A program made the translations under genes and the position numbers. A stretch of DNA of 60,855 bases, the filler included, from Dugesia japonica (lineage: Eukaryota), in the NCBI GenBank assembly GCA_001938525.1. It is 6 parts of 6 records of this genome, joined end to end, with 100 filler letters (N's around TTAATTAATTAA, not from the genome) between each part and the next. Parts side by side here need not be neighbours in the genome. Positions count along the whole stretch, not along the records: positions 20,809 to 29,500 come from MQRL01643743.1; positions 29,601 to 40,924 come from MQRL01633072.1; positions 41,025 to 50,945 come from MQRL01579259.1; 3 more parts are not named here. The stretch is one strand, 5' to 3'. Shown here in pieces: positions 27,191 through 42,269 of the stretch. Every line of letters begins with the position of its first letter. Within the stretch, counting starts at the first letter, position 1. The notes beneath the pieces are model-generated. The model worked only from the letters and a program-made list of their open reading frames with translations. It did no database searches and was not told where the DNA came from.

Positions 27191-30100
27191 CACTAAATTG
27201 TCAATCAAACATAGAATTTTAACCCATCATATAAAACAAATTCCATCACACTTAATTTTCCAAGGAGGAAATATTTTCAAAGGTGAAATTATTGCATCAA
27301 CCCCAGTAAAGTAGTATAAAATGTATTAAATATTTAGTGTAATTATTTATGCTTAGTTACTTTTAAAAAATTACTTGATAGTAATTTAATTTCAAAACTT
27401 CGCAAAAATTTTAAACTTTATAATCAATGACATACTTTAAATGTAATTATATTTTTTGCGATGTTTGAAAAATTCAATTATTATCAATTAAAATAGTTTT
27501 ATAATTATTTTTAACATATGCGAAAGAAAATCATTCATATATTTAAAATTTAAATTTTTACAATTTTCTTTCATATATTTTAAAAATAATGATAAAATCA
27601 TTTTTCATAATTGACAACATTAGATAATTAAAATTTTAGTCTTTTACTTATATTATTTAAGTAGTTTAAATTGAATGTTTTAATACACTAACCCTTGTAA
27701 TTTAATTTTAATTCAAATAAAATATTAAATTCGTTCGGTGATTCCAATTATCTGTCAAATTAGATGGTGCTATCGTTTTTATGATATGTAATTTAAGAAA
27801 AAATTGACGTTCATTACAATGCCTTATTTAACTTCAATTTTAATAGCTTATTTTATTCTCATGTATTGTAATGTTGCTATATAATATTGCGGTTTCTTAC
27901 AAATTTTATTTTTACCGCTGAAATCAATATCTTATCATAATCCATTTGTGTATTTTTACATATAATGGTAATAAGTAAGATTACAGCTGAAATTTAGTTT
28001 TTCTATATACAAATTTTTTAAATTGAATTTTAAATTTTGTATAAAGAACATGTTTCATTTTATGATACTTTGGAATTTATCAAATCATTGAATGTTATTT
28101 AAGCATGTCATTGTGTAAATTAAAATGTTATAGAAATTCGATTTGTAATTATAATCTTGATTTTAATTATAAGTTAATAATTTAATGGAATTATTGTTAA
28201 GGTTGTCCGAAGTCTCAGTTATAAATCAAAGGAAATAATAGAAAATTACTGAACATTAATTTTTTAAAAAGTTTTAGTTTATTTATTAATAGTTTTTATT
28301 TTAATAAATTTTCGTTCATTGTAATTGATAGATTTTTACTATAAGTATTTTTATGTTTTTAAAGCGGAAATGGTTGAATTTTGCTAGTCATATTTTTTAT
28401 GTCGTAATCGTAAAATCTTATTTTACTCGAAAACTAAATGTGCAACCAATATATTGAAAGATAAACCGTGACGTTAAATTATTATTTAAAATTAATTAAC
28501 TCAAAAACTATTTTCACTGATTGGATATCATAATAAAGTCGTCAGCACAGTAACAATATAAAATAAGAAAAGTCTAATTATATATTATGGACGCACAGAG
28601 AGGAAGGGAGATAGTTTGTTATAGAAGATTTTACATTTGGGGATAGGAAGAGGTCTCGACTGAATGCGTAAGTCCGCAAAAAATTGTTTTTGCCAACGTA
28701 GCAAGATGAGTTATTAAATTTAAAAAAAGTATGGCAGAAATACGGTTTTTATTAAGTATAAATTGGGTTTACTGGAAGCATTCAGACCAAACATTCATTA
28801 TTAAATTGCTCTAAAAAATCAATAATTTAAACAGATATTTACGATGGATGATTGAGTAAATTTCCATTTCTTGAAATTGATATACTGAAGTTCCTCTTTC
28901 CCTTACGTGCTTTATTTTATCAACATTTCTTTTCTTTAACTTCGGTATTTTATTCTCCAGTGTACCCAACATTTGAATAGTAATTTTAATATTTTGCTTC
29001 GAGGTTTTAACTCGAGCCATATATAGTTGTCAGTCAATTGCATGGAAATACATTTAAAAAAATCATTACTAGATATACATAGCCCTTCAATTATTAAACC
29101 GAAAGCAACACATTGCTGTAGTTTTTATTACAAATTTTACTTATCCTTAACTTTTGTAACTTGATACTTTTTACAAACAAATTCACTCACAGATTTGCAT
29201 TGTTCTTGCTTTTGTAATCCATACCTTAGCTGTCTTAAGTAATCACATTCATCCTGAAGTCGTGACGTTTTTCTTTCGCCCTCAAATAGGTTATCAACCC
29301 ATTCCTCAATTCGTTGCTTCCACTCTCCCTATCTTTCTGCTATCTTCTTCAACTTCACTTACGATGAAACTCACTGTTTAAATATTTTGATAAGCTCGTA
29401 GCACTTTAAACTTGCGCACCAGACCTTGAGTAAACACATTGTTTCCCGATCTCTTCATCTGGAGTTATAACAGTTAGTTTCCTAACATGTTATATTTTTT
29501 NNNNNNNNNNNNNNNNNNNNNNNNNNNNNNNNNNNNNNNNNNNNTTAATTAATTAANNNNNNNNNNNNNNNNNNNNNNNNNNNNNNNNNNNNNNNNNNNN
29601 ACCCCAACAGGGGGAAGTGATGAAGTATTAATTATTTTTGTTTATATCATCTATTTTATTGAAGTACATACTTTTCAAATTACTTGGATTCTTCTAATTT
29701 AAATAATGTCATTCGATATTGAATACAATAATAATATTAATAATGACAATAATAAGTATATGTATACTAATATCCATTCCGGATTATTTTCATAATCCCC
29801 TACTTCTACTTTTATAATTATAATAATGATTCCTCAATATATAATACTTTTACTTCGTGTAATAGTATTACTATCAGGTGTCATAGTAGCTTCATAAAGC
29901 CCGTCTCATAACTATAGGATCATACAGGTTTTACATTATATAAATCCATCTTATCTACCAAATTCATTAAAGTGACATTTTAAGTATAGCCACTCGTTAT
30001 GATAATATATATATATATATATATTCATAATATATATTCATAATATATATATTATGATAATATATATTCAAATACCATTTTAAGCTGAGTTTAATAATCC

Positions 30101-33100
30101 TAATAAAAGTAACTATCTATTAAATGCTAAATTATGAAGATTCATAGTATAAATAATAATAAATCGCTTATTAGAAAAAAAATTAATATAAATTAATTAA
30201 ATAATAGATAAATTGAAATATAACTTTTAAGATATAACAATTCATAAAAACACTGTTACATCAATTACTAAATAAAAAGAATTGCACCCGACCAAACACA
30301 AGAGCATCAGCCTCAAAATTAACACCGTCGTTCTGATTTAATAACAATTTTCTGATAACCATGGAAAGGATGGGTGGCAGGATTTATTAGCAAGAAATTA
30401 ATTTTTAAACGTATATATATTGTTTAATTTTATTAATGTATTTTATATGTTTATATTATAATAATAATTATGTTGGGGTCCACCTGAGTTAGAGGCAGAT
30501 AGAGGTGCCTGGGGAAAAAACAGCCCCCAGGGGAACCATTTCAAGAATTTAGATCTACCGCCCCGGAGTAGATTTTCAGTTCATGGTGGTTGACCTCACT
30601 CTTTATGGGAGGTGCACGCCCACAAACCTTTGTATTCGGGCTCACTATTTTCCCTACCCAAAAGAAAAATACCACGTTAGTTAAACACAATTTATTGCTT
30701 AAAACATTTACAGTAGATCCAGAGCCCCTGGGTCCAACCATTGAGTTGGATCCGTTATCGTAAAATTAAAGGCGGCGACATCGTCATTATCATCCCATCG
30801 GTTCCAAGTTGGATTCCTAATCTGGTGAGAGAGGTCGGCGATGTATTGCTTTAGGAATTCTATTTTCCTTTGCAATAGCTGTTGGGTTTCGGTTGCCAGG
30901 ACTTTAGTTTGGTTTGCTAAATCACTCTGTNTCTTTATTATGTTGTCAAGTTTTTTAATTAGCCTATCACGTTGATTTAAATGTCTCAATAAAGCTTTAT
31001 CTGTCTTTCGTTTCAAAAATTTTTTAAAGTTTTTAAAAGAGTACACATTTTTTTTTATATCGAAGGACCTTACATTTCGCCGTGGCCACCTCCGCCTCCC
31101 ACCGTCGCTTGGCGAGCCGGTAGAGATCCCACGTTATTTCGCGGTCCTCACTAGTATCCCGAATCTTTTTGGTAGGGGCTGAGGGACGATTTAGTGATGA
31201 GTTCACTACAAAATATACATATTATCGTGAATGATATTTAGAATTTTATGTTTATAAACAGGTACGTTAATTATAAGTCTGACTAATACTTGCTGATAGT
31301 AAGCTTACGAGATCAACCTGCGAACTGAAAACAAGAAAAAATTCTTTAATAACCACTCAAAACATCAAACATTTATTTCAGTTAATGTAGAACAAGAAAA
31401 CGCGAAACTCATGCTCTTTATGGCATCGGGGTTGGTTCATTATTTTCTAACCCTCCGCCACTAGCTTGATTCCGTATATCCCATAAGGTATTTCCAACGT
31501 CTATAGAGAATCTAGTTTTCCGGGGAAGATGGTTAACCGACACAGGCAATAATGTGGGACCATCCTGCCAAGTACTAGTGATCTGGTTATGTACGGAATC
31601 TATGGTGGTAGTTCGATGTAATACGTCTTGAGTGCGATCAGGGCCACTCCATTGGTAAAAAAATTGACGCTCTGCTGCGGCCCATTCTCTTTCATTGTCA
31701 GCGTCTTAACTAGACAAGTTGGAGTAGTCCACTAAGACACCCGCATTGCGGTCATGAGGATTCTTATATTTTTTAAAAATAGTTCGTCCCGTGCGTCTAT
31801 CCCATAACACTTCCCATGCGTGGTCCATTTATTACTTCCTACAATAAAGAGCAATTTGAGCACAGAAATACATAATGATAACGAAAACACAATGTCGATA
31901 GGATTTGACCCCTACGAGTAGATTTATAAAACAAAATATACGAAGTGATGATAACTAATTTTATTCAAACTAAAACATATTCAAGGATGGCTTTTTGCAA
32001 TGAAATTTCATTCTTCATCGAGGTCCACCGGGATGAATAGGGGAAACATCTCCGCAAAACACGCTAAATCTGTTTCGTCGGGATGTTTCACGCGGTGTGG
32101 AAATAATAAATGTCCGATTAACTGATGCGTCCGGGAGTGTTCGCGTTTTCGACGTATCAACCGAAGGGTCCTGAGAAATATGTCGGAAATGGGTTATCTA
32201 AAGAGAAATATTTTAACATTAATACTCCATTCCCGACAAATTAATACCAGTTATCATGTATAGGAATAATTTTCATCACGTTGCTATTAGTGAAAATGGT
32301 CGGACATATCTTTACTTCCCCGGGGTAATGAGAACTGAGACCTACTAGCTTAGCAGCTAACCCAACAAGGATACTGTTACGACCTGCTAACTCTCATTAT
32401 CTGAATAAAGTTAGGGATCGTTTGTTCCTCCTGATAAAGTATGGATGCAATAACCGTAATAGTGATAGAAAATGGTAAATTCCGATCTCAGGAAATAAAA
32501 CTCACTGCGATGTCATTTTAATTTATATAATTAATGTTATAGATGTTACCAGTGATCAGATGCATTTTAACGGGGAGTATTAATATAATATTGGTACATG
32601 TTAGTTGAGATTTTTATATTTATGTATTTTATTTCTTTCGTAATAATCGGTGATAAGCGCAAAATTAGTGTAAAAGTATCTATATTCCCCTGATCAAATT
32701 GGGCAGTGAATGATCACTTGGCAACCGAAGGGTATTAACAGTCTGCCAATAATACTACACTCGCGCATATCATCAACGATAAAGACCCAACTGACCCAGC
32801 AATGCAGGCCCTACTCTACACACGTCATTTATCTCAACTAGTCTGGATGAATTACCATAATTTTTTGAGAATCATAATCTTCACAACACCAGTAATCTTG
32901 ATAATAGTCGTCATAATATTAATAAAGTTAATAATCATTTTAACACGGATGAAAGAAATGCCGTAATTTTGATAGTCATACTAAGGTTAATACCGATAAT
33001 AAAAAGATAATACGGATTATTTATAATGATAAGTAATATAATGGTGGTTGTAAAATCGTAAATAATAATCGATTCCTTCTGGATTTTTGTAGTACGATAA

Positions 33101-34821
33101 ATGATAATAACGGGATGATATTTAGTTTGACACTCATTTTCAATTAAGAACCGGTAACTACGTAAGTTTTACTAGTGCTAATAATCAGGCATGCATATGC
33201 AGTCTGTTGCTGCAAGAAAATATAGATAGATGTGCATCAGGCGCATGTGTGTTAACGGAGGTTATTAGGTTGCTACCCAAAGCATATAGATAGTGTGTAC
33301 TACATGAGCGGGAGTCGTGTGCAGACTAAAAGGACAGATTGGATGGTGGATACAACCTGTATTGTGCAGAGTGATCTGGGCACATGATTAACTATGCTTA
33401 TTTTAGGCATTTGAGATCTGGCGATGCATGCATGTCGAAATCTTTTCCTCTCTGTAGGTGAGGCGACTAATAATCACTATGCATGTCCTAATTGGGAGGT
33501 GAACGGCAATATAGACATTGTTAACAGGTGGCATGATGAATTATCATCGATTCTAGTAAAACAAGAAATCCTTTTAAAACTCATTTTCAAATAACATCCA
33601 TATTGAATATCAATTATCTAATCAATGGGTTATAATTACATTCACCAATATATTTATCAATTCAGATTTATCCATTAATTTTATTTAACGACAACATATA
33701 ATATTTAACATTAAAATTAATTTCTTTCATAAACAATTTACTTACTATCAAATTCTGCAACGGAATGATTTTCAATAACAAATGCGATTCTTTTATTCTG
33801 CTACCTGAGTCACTATTTTCTTCTTACGAATCAACGTTTTACGATGAATCCTGGTTTCGTTTTAACTGCGACTACAATTACGATTTCTCTCTTCTATAAA
33901 ATTAATTAACGATGAAAACTGATTTTCTATAATAATTATCCATTTACGTGGTACGTTTAGCTGCTTTGATACACAAAAGTTGTCTATACTCCGTATATTA
34001 GTTAATGAACAGAAAAGTGTGTTTTCTGCTTAAAATAAGGGGGGTTTCAATACCGTTTTATTAGACACCCTAACATGTTTGACATTGGCTGGTTATTTTT
34101 AGTTTCACTCTTCTGTCTTTGATTGGTTTTGGTACCAATTTTCTGTAATTTTTTTCAGAGTTTTAGAACTCTAATTGGCCGTTATTTTTAGGACCTCATG
34201 TGATTTCTGGTGCTTTGTCTTATCTTTATTTTCTGAATCCTTATTGGCCGCCTCTTTAGATCCAGGTAGCACCCTTCTGGTTGAAGGTATATTTTTTTTG
34301 TGGATAAATCTCAATTTCTATGCTGCAGTTCCTCCGAATTTTTCTTACTACAGGGTCCTGAGGTTTCCTTGGACGGAGTTATTCGTGAAAAACTGATTTT
34401 GGTTTAATTTTAATTTATTTTTCTTTCGAAATTAATTAACGCTTTCTGATAGTTAATTAAATGTTTTCTTTATATTTTATTTATTCTATTAATTATTCCT
34501 TTGATTAGTAGAATTGATATGGTTGGCTTTGATCGTCCCAACTCTTTGTCTTTACCCTTTCGGTAGTTTATTTATTCCTTTCATCATAATTTAGTCCTAC
34601 GTGGTTTTCTGCGCCTGCTTATCTTGTCATTTTCCTTCAGCTTTGATTGATATCTTCCTTTACTTTAAACTATTAATTCTTCTTAATTTGTGCCCCTTTA
34701 CTTTAGCTACTTACGANNNNNNNNNNNNNNNNNNNNNNNNNNNNNNNNNNNNNNNNNNNNNNNNNNNNNNNNNNNNNNNNNNNNNNNNNNNNNNNNNNNN
34801 NNNNNNNNNNNNNNNNNNNNN

Positions 34822-34887
<66 letters not shown>

Positions 34888-37667
34888 TTATAATGCTAAT
34901 TTATACATATAGATCTAACCTACACAAAACTAAGCCAAGAATATATAAAATACTATTCTGATTACAGATTTAATATCAAAAACAAATATACATAAAACAT
35001 GCACATTACGATTGTCACGTGAATTATAATTCGTGGATTGATTCCAAGGTGTTCTCCATCTCTTATGGAGTGATGGACTCCACCTTCAAGATACGAAGAC
35101 CGGAGGTAAACGATTCAGCTTACAAACCCTGGGACGCCTGCCGTTTCCTTTCTTGTATCGCATGATCTTGCTGGGCCAGGAGTTCATCTAATGATTGTGT
35201 TCCATAGAGGAGAAATTTCTCCATTTGTGTGCCTTCGTCTATCATGCGCTGCTGCCGATCATAACTCGGTTTTAATCGCACCAGTAATACCTGGAACTCG
35301 CACATCCATCCGATCATGTCCTGTTTTAAGCTATGAAGGTGCTGATCCGCATCATGAGATTGACGCTGTAGTCGTTATCCCACTGATGGATTTTGTTTTT
35401 GTTTCGACGAAAAACTCTACATTGATATTCTATTTATCCATTGGCTTTATTACTAATAGGCCGCAGAGAAAACAATTACTAGTCAGCATTCACTAATTAA
35501 AATCTTGATCTGAGGTGGGCAAAGATGTGAAAAATAAATAGTTACAAATATTTTTTAATTAAATTAACAATTACTAAAATTAGTAGTCGTTAAAATTTAA
35601 TAATTTTGAAATAAGTAATTTTTANNNNNNNNNNNNNNNNNNNNNNNNNNNNNNNNNNNNNNNNNNNNNNNNNNNNNNNNTAAAATTTTTTATATATATA
35701 CTAGTCAAAAATTCATTTGACATACCCATAAAATTTAGTCAACAATTCTTGCTTGTGTTGAGATCATATACGCACTCATACAAATATACATAAAAACACA
35801 CATAATCAAACAACTGACACAAAAAAAATGTGACACTCTTCTCAACAGCAGATCAATAAATCCTCAACATGCGATGCAACAACTCAAAGTGTTATATCAA
35901 CTCAACATACGATGCTCTATCCCAGAATACTTGATCATGTGTATTGGTTGTTAAAATTTGTTATTTATTAAATCAGTAACTTTAATTCAGACACTTATCA
36001 ATGATAAAAAATATCTGAAATTTTTTTGTTTAATTTTAACAAGTCAGTTTTAAGTGTCTATATTGTATGAACGAACTGTATTGGAAATTTTATTTTCTGG
36101 AAAATTTTATGTAATTTTTGTAAATTCTATTTTATCCGGAATTAGTTGTATCTATTTTATTCAATTTCGGTAAGTAATTATTTATCTGGAAAATAACTGC
36201 AAATATTTTATATTTTTATGTAAATAATTGTATATTATTAAATATCTGAAAAATTGACTGCGATTATTTTCAATATTTTTAATCGATTAATTCAATAATC
36301 AATACTCTGTGGATTTTCGACAAAACGATTAAAGTATGAAAATTTTTTATTGAATTTTATTTATTTTATGGTATAATCATATTGATTTTAATAATTGTCA
36401 ATACTTTATTAGCGTGAGTAATCTCCAAAATTTTGGTATAAATAGAATTAGTTTTTAGTAGCTGTTCACCCTCAAAATTATAAATCTCAAGTCGAGTCGA
36501 GTTTTACTGAGACGACACTCGCGAGATAAAAATCTTAACGTTGAATAAACTATCATATATTTAATTGTTGAATAAACTTTCTTTAAAGTAATTGATTTAT
36601 ATTTTGCCAAATAGTTGACTATATAGCATATTCATATAAATATAATTTCTATATATTAACGATATTAAGGTTACATAAGGTATTCATATCAGTTTAATAT
36701 ATTTACTTTTGGATTGTCTATAACATATTAATAAAACTAATAAACTCACGCAATTACTGATTTGCTTTGGCAACAATCCCCAAAGCATCTCAACATAATG
36801 TTTATGTAAATAATTAATTTTGTTGGGTTGAAACAGCTGAAATAGAGAAGAGAAATGATTTCACGAAAAAATTAGTCAAATAAAATACATAAATAAAAAA
36901 TATTAAATATTGGTGATAAAGATAACCGGGTGGAAAGGAAAACTGATTATTAATTAATTAATATAAAGGCAAAGTGATAGATAAATAAAGAAATACATAA
37001 AATAATCAATAATTGATAAAGTTGAAAAATAAATACTATTACAGAATCAAAGGTGTGATAATATCAAAGGAATGATAAAATGAATCAGAAAAAACTACAG
37101 CATTAAAACAAAATAAAAGAATCTAATACCATAAAAAATTAGGAAATGAGAAGTAAACAAAACGAGATAGTGATTGCAAAGAATTTTTAAAAAGTACGAA
37201 AAGTAATGAGCAATAAACCACTAATTGGAAATATATAAAAAAATGAATAAAGTGACTTGACCAGAACAAAACAAGAGATTGGAATAATAAAAAAGAGAAG
37301 AATAAATGGAAAATAAAATATATGATTTATTTATAATTTATGAATATTATAAAGTAGTTAAAATTTTTGAAATTTAAAATAATTATATAATAAAAGAAAA
37401 AGAGTACAATAACAAAATGCCTTTACAGAAAAGAGCTAATAAAATTATAGTAGTGAATCTTAATATTATAATAAAAGAGTATTATTGTATAAGCTGTAAT
37501 TATTAAAATAAAATGTTAGTAAATTAAAACAAAATAAATGAATATTATGCGGTAATATTATAAAAACAAAACAGTACGTTTATTAAACTCAGAAATAGTA
37601 AATTAAAATAAAAAATTAATATTATTATTGTTATTATCATTATAGGAAAGGGTTCATGATTATAAAA

Positions 37668-37710
<43 letters not shown>

Positions 37711-40700
37711 AATATTAGTATCGTTAAATTAAACATCATATCATTAATATGAAATTAATTGGTAAAAGAATTTCTGATTTAAATGATTAACCATATACAA
37801 CAACAAGACCCATACGACCAAGATTGATACAACAGTAAAAATGAAAAACGAGACAATCATATATAAACCACTATTTCTTAAAAGTTGTATTTAAACACTA
37901 AATTTAGAAACTATTAATGTGGAAAAGAGAATTCTTATAGATTATCAGAAAAGTCATGGTGAATGACCACCGACAATCTTAGACTGAAGGAATTGGAGAC
38001 CTGTGACATATACGGCGAAATAGCGGAGTTAAAAATGAATTTGGCTAATCTGAACGATGAATTACTGCAACAAGAACAGATTCGACACCAAACAGAATGA
38101 TGCATTCGCCGAACTGCTAGGCAGGGTATCCAATCATCTAAGGAATCCACCAGCGATCACAGAACGAGTTACATCATTCGAGCTGCAGCTGTTATCGAAA
38201 AATCCTGCAAGAGACGGTCGGTAATACTAAACGAAAGATGTCCACCTTGAGGGAGAGATTGAGTGTGAGTCGTCAGAGAGAACTCACACTCATTGCGAAC
38301 AACCGGGTGATGGCAGAAATAATTAAATCATACGCGAATCGAGAAGCCGCCATGCACGCGAACATCAGAACACTAGAAAGAGTACGAAGACTAGTGTGTA
38401 ATGACGGAAGAAACTATTTTTGAATCTCCGTGATCCTTGTAAACATGAATGTATAGATGAATAAAATTTCGTAAGTTAAAGTTGAAATTAATTAAACTGA
38501 AGGTCTAACATCTGAATTTCTATAGACGAGATACCGCGAAGTCCCGCATGAACAACGAGGAAGATGGTCTCAACACAGGCGATGTTGATCAAATTTCTGG
38601 CGGTTTCTAGGTATCTACTTCTAGCAAAGAGATTCGAGAAAATGGTCAGGAAATTGAGAGTGAAAAGTAACATCGAAAACCTAGAAACCCAACACTTTAA
38701 CCATGTATGTGTGCTGAACAGAATTAGTATATATGCTGATATGTTTCAGTTGTTTCTCATTCAAATTTTGTCATCTGGACTCTAACCTCTAAGGGCAGCA
38801 GTTCCAGTTTGATCTAAAATTAGCTAATAAGGTATAAGTCTAGACTTATTATTAAACATCCAAATATATTATCAAAGGTATTATTTCCGTTACTTATATA
38901 AGGAAACTGTGACACTATATTATAACATTTGATTAATCATATTGCAGTTATATATTATTGTATTAACATACAGAGCAACAACAATAAAATCAAACACTCT
39001 AAAATAAAGACCTATTGTTAATCACCTAGTTTCAGTTTATCAAACCATCTTGAGGTAAGAATTGAAAATTTTGCATAACGCATTGAGTTTAATATTTCTT
39101 TAGTAGATCAACGCCAACAGCTCCTCCATTTTCAGTTGAATTGTAGAAGTATAGTTTCAGATCGTTTCGGAAAATTTAATATATGTCTAAGTTGGTAAAG
39201 AAACTTACTGGTTTTGTTGTGTTTGACATTTGTATTATTCTTAGGAAAGCTTATGGCGCTAATTTTGATTTCGCGCGTTCGGAATGCTTTAGAATGTAGG
39301 AATACTTTATATTCCTTTAGCTTCTGCTATCCTAACATACCCATAAAAAATATTTGTTCAAGTTTTCGTAAGCTTATTTGTATTTTATTAATTATTGTTC
39401 TCATTAATTTTATTATTATAGGAATTTTATTTTTACATAAATTTTCTAACGATTTACAATTGTTACAATTGTTAAATCCTTGTAGTTTAAATCAAATTTA
39501 GTTTTACTTGCGACTACCAATAGTTCTATTTGATTAAGTCGTTTAAGCGATTTTATTTAAATTCGATATTGTATACTTTCTTTTCTATTGACATATCGTT
39601 AATTTAAATCAACATTATCAAATTTTTGTTTCAAAGTAAATTATAACTGTAAAAATCGGTTATTAATTTGCTTGTTAAAAGTGTTTAAAAATCTAATGCA
39701 TAAAATCATTTAAACATCTTGATTATACGTGGTGTGAAGCTTTTAGGCCCTCCATACGAAAAATTTGAGGACGAAACTGTATTGCCGGTTGTGTCACTAA
39801 ATTATAAAGAAGTGGTTACCCTAAAATATTAGCAAGCTAATTTTTATTGTAATTTTATTTTAATAAATTTGTAAATTTCATTATAAATAAAGTTTAATCA
39901 TAAAAATTCTTTATTTTATTTATTTATTATTATTTATTTATATCTAAAATCACATACACGCGTTTTTAGGTTCATTTATTTGGAGTCAAAATTTTAAAAA
40001 ATTATTGTTAGATCTTAACCAAGAGACTCAACATAGTTATAAAAACCAGTTGTAGCTCGTTTCATTATTCAATTTTGAAATAAGTTATTGTTGTGCCGTT
40101 GTAATACATTGTAATACACAAGTTGTTAATTATATTAAATTTGAAATACATGTGCAAATTTGCACTTCCAACAATTATTTTTCTGCGTAAATTTATGTCG
40201 CCAGGGTAAACGTTTCAATTCTAGTACAGGCTTGCATTATTTTGGTTTTTCCAAAATTTTAAAATATTTTTGCGATATTAAATTCGAATAGATTTAAAGA
40301 TATATTTGTTCTAAAACAAACTGTTTTTAATTGAATTTTTTATTGTTTAGCACATCGTAGTGCACATATTATTTATTCATCTACTGACATTAATTTCACA
40401 TTATTTTTTCTCATTCGTGTTGTCCCACTTAACAGAATTCTATAAACCATAGTTTTTTTCATCCAAAGAAAAAAAGTCAGGTCTGAAAGGATTAACTTTC
40501 TTAAATAGATGGGTATGTAGGCACGTAAAAGTATTAAATTTATGCATATCATGGCAAAACTAACCTTACTTGTCAATTTTAATTTTATCGATCTATGTTT
40601 GCTTTGCAAATAACACCGATAGAATATCTATATATACATATATGGTGAAACTGTGGCCTGGATTTGTTTATGAATATATTTGTGTGCCCTGTTGACTCTC

Positions 40701-41024
40701 CATTTCTCTCAATTTGGTCAATTATGGCGTCTGCTATGCACTCTATTAACGTTCTATAATTGGTCGTAACTGTTGTGAAAATAATATGTATGTTTGTACA
40801 AAAATGAGCTAGCAGTCATTAAATTTTGACGATATAAACATTATTTGACCTTACGTCAAATTTAGACCTAATTGTGACTTATTAACTTTCTTGAGTCGGT
40901 ACATAGGCACGTAAAAGTATTAAANNNNNNNNNNNNNNNNNNNNNNNNNNNNNNNNNNNNNNNNNNNNTTAATTAATTAANNNNNNNNNNNNNNNNNNNN
41001 NNNNNNNNNNNNNNNNNNNNNNNN

Positions 41025-41120
41025 TATCAAGGGGGGAATGGACAGGAGGAAATATCAAGGGGGGAATGGACAGGAGGAAATATCAAGGGGGGAATGGAAA
41101 GGGGGGAATGGAAAGAGGGG
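41025..41120 (+). repeat. 28-bp G-rich tandem repeat (TATCAAGGGGGGAATGGACAGGAGGAAA)
   Basis: Units start at 41025, 41053 and 41081, then decay. Confidence 0.9.
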
Positions 41121-41821
41121 AAAGCCATAGACCCAAAACACTAATTGGTGAACTCATTTATTTTCATTCCAAATTGGAATCATTCGTGTTTGTGAGTGAA
41201 ATTATCTTGCTTTACATAAAATTAAAAGGTTGACAATTTCTATTGTTTCGAAGTGAATATATTTTGTTAGATGTTCAAGTGTATCATCATATGTTCTCGT
41301 TGTGGTCCGGGATAGATTAATATGTATATTTAACAGTTTATTCTTCCTATTTGTTTGTCCATTAGCAGCAGAACATCAATTAACAAAAAAACCTACGTTA
41401 AAGCGAAAATTTACTGCATTAAATGACAAAAATTAATATTTTAGATCGATTGAGCAGTAATGAAAAACCCGGATTGTTAGCAAAATCTCTCGATTTAAAT
41501 GAAATTTCATTTAGAAAAAAATAATTGGAAAATAGCCCTCTACTTTAAGAGTTGAATCTTACATAACACAGAATTTTTCTGTAATGTAACTTCTTCATTA
41601 TATATTCATCTTTAATAGATAAACAGATGTTTTACATTGCTTAATACTCGATAATGATGTTCATAATAGAGAAATACTAGAATAATTTAATTTTACTAAT
41701 AATTATAATTAATTAAAATGTTAAATAATTAAAATTATTTCAGAAATGCCAATTAGCACTGTTTTAATAGTGCACAGGTAATATAAACATTAATTTCTTA
41801 TAAAAAACGATATTTATTTAC

Positions 41822-42269
41822 CTTATTGACTTTTACACTTCCATTAATATCGATTGACGCTAGGTAAGGTATATGACTCTTACTGAATGCGATATCAGTA
41901 ATTTCGCCGGTAAAATCTTTAATAAGACATCGAGCGGAATGCTGTTCATTAAGAATTCGAATCATATAATTATTTGAGATAGAAAGAACATAGGCGATTA
42001 GAGATGTATGAGGATGATAAGAAATCAAATGCCCTAAGGTGTATCTATCTTCCCATGAATAATCTACAACATTGGTTGTCGTAATTTTATTACTAGCTTT
42101 GGAATCATCTTCCAAAGTTCTCGAGCTTGGTTGTATTACCACATTTCGAGAGTGAATTAAAATAGGAGATGCTTCATCTAATTGATCAAAATTTCTAAAT
42201 ATATTAATGAATAATTTAACATATACTTTAAAAAATTTACATAATTTGTTGACTTTCACGGCTGCTCAT
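41822..42269 (-). CDS. EDC4: Enhancer of mRNA decapping 4 (EDC4/Ge-1), N-terminal WD40 region; exons 42269-42241 and 42194-41822; remainder not found
   Basis: MSSRESQQI/INFDQ... after a 46-nt GT-AG intron. SNKITTTNVVDYSWEDRYTLGHLI, MIRIL...RCLIKDFTGEITDIAF and LASIDING match the EDC4 pattern YxWExxYxxGxLI...RxLxKxFTGxxxDxAF. Confidence 0.85.

Noticed and set aside
28811-29490. Minus-strand coding-like stretch (GEWKQRIEEWVDNLF...)
   Set aside because: Possibly a gag relic, but stop-ridden with no diagnostic motif.
31110-31127. TGGCGAGCC as a tRNA-Arg primer-binding site
   Set aside because: Only 9 nt match, not preceded by an LTR CA end, and no gag follows.
31185-31230. Hammerhead-like gTGATGA-GTtcactAC-aAAA
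   Set aside because: Two core positions are mutated and stem III is unconvincing.
39730-39800. Hammerhead-like ...CCTC...GAGGACGAAAC
   Set aside because: No CUGANGA box.
40490-40924. Direct repeat ATTAACTTTCTT...TAGGCACGTAAAAGTATTAA about 390 nt apart
   Set aside because: Real but truncated by the linker; cannot distinguish satellite from element end.
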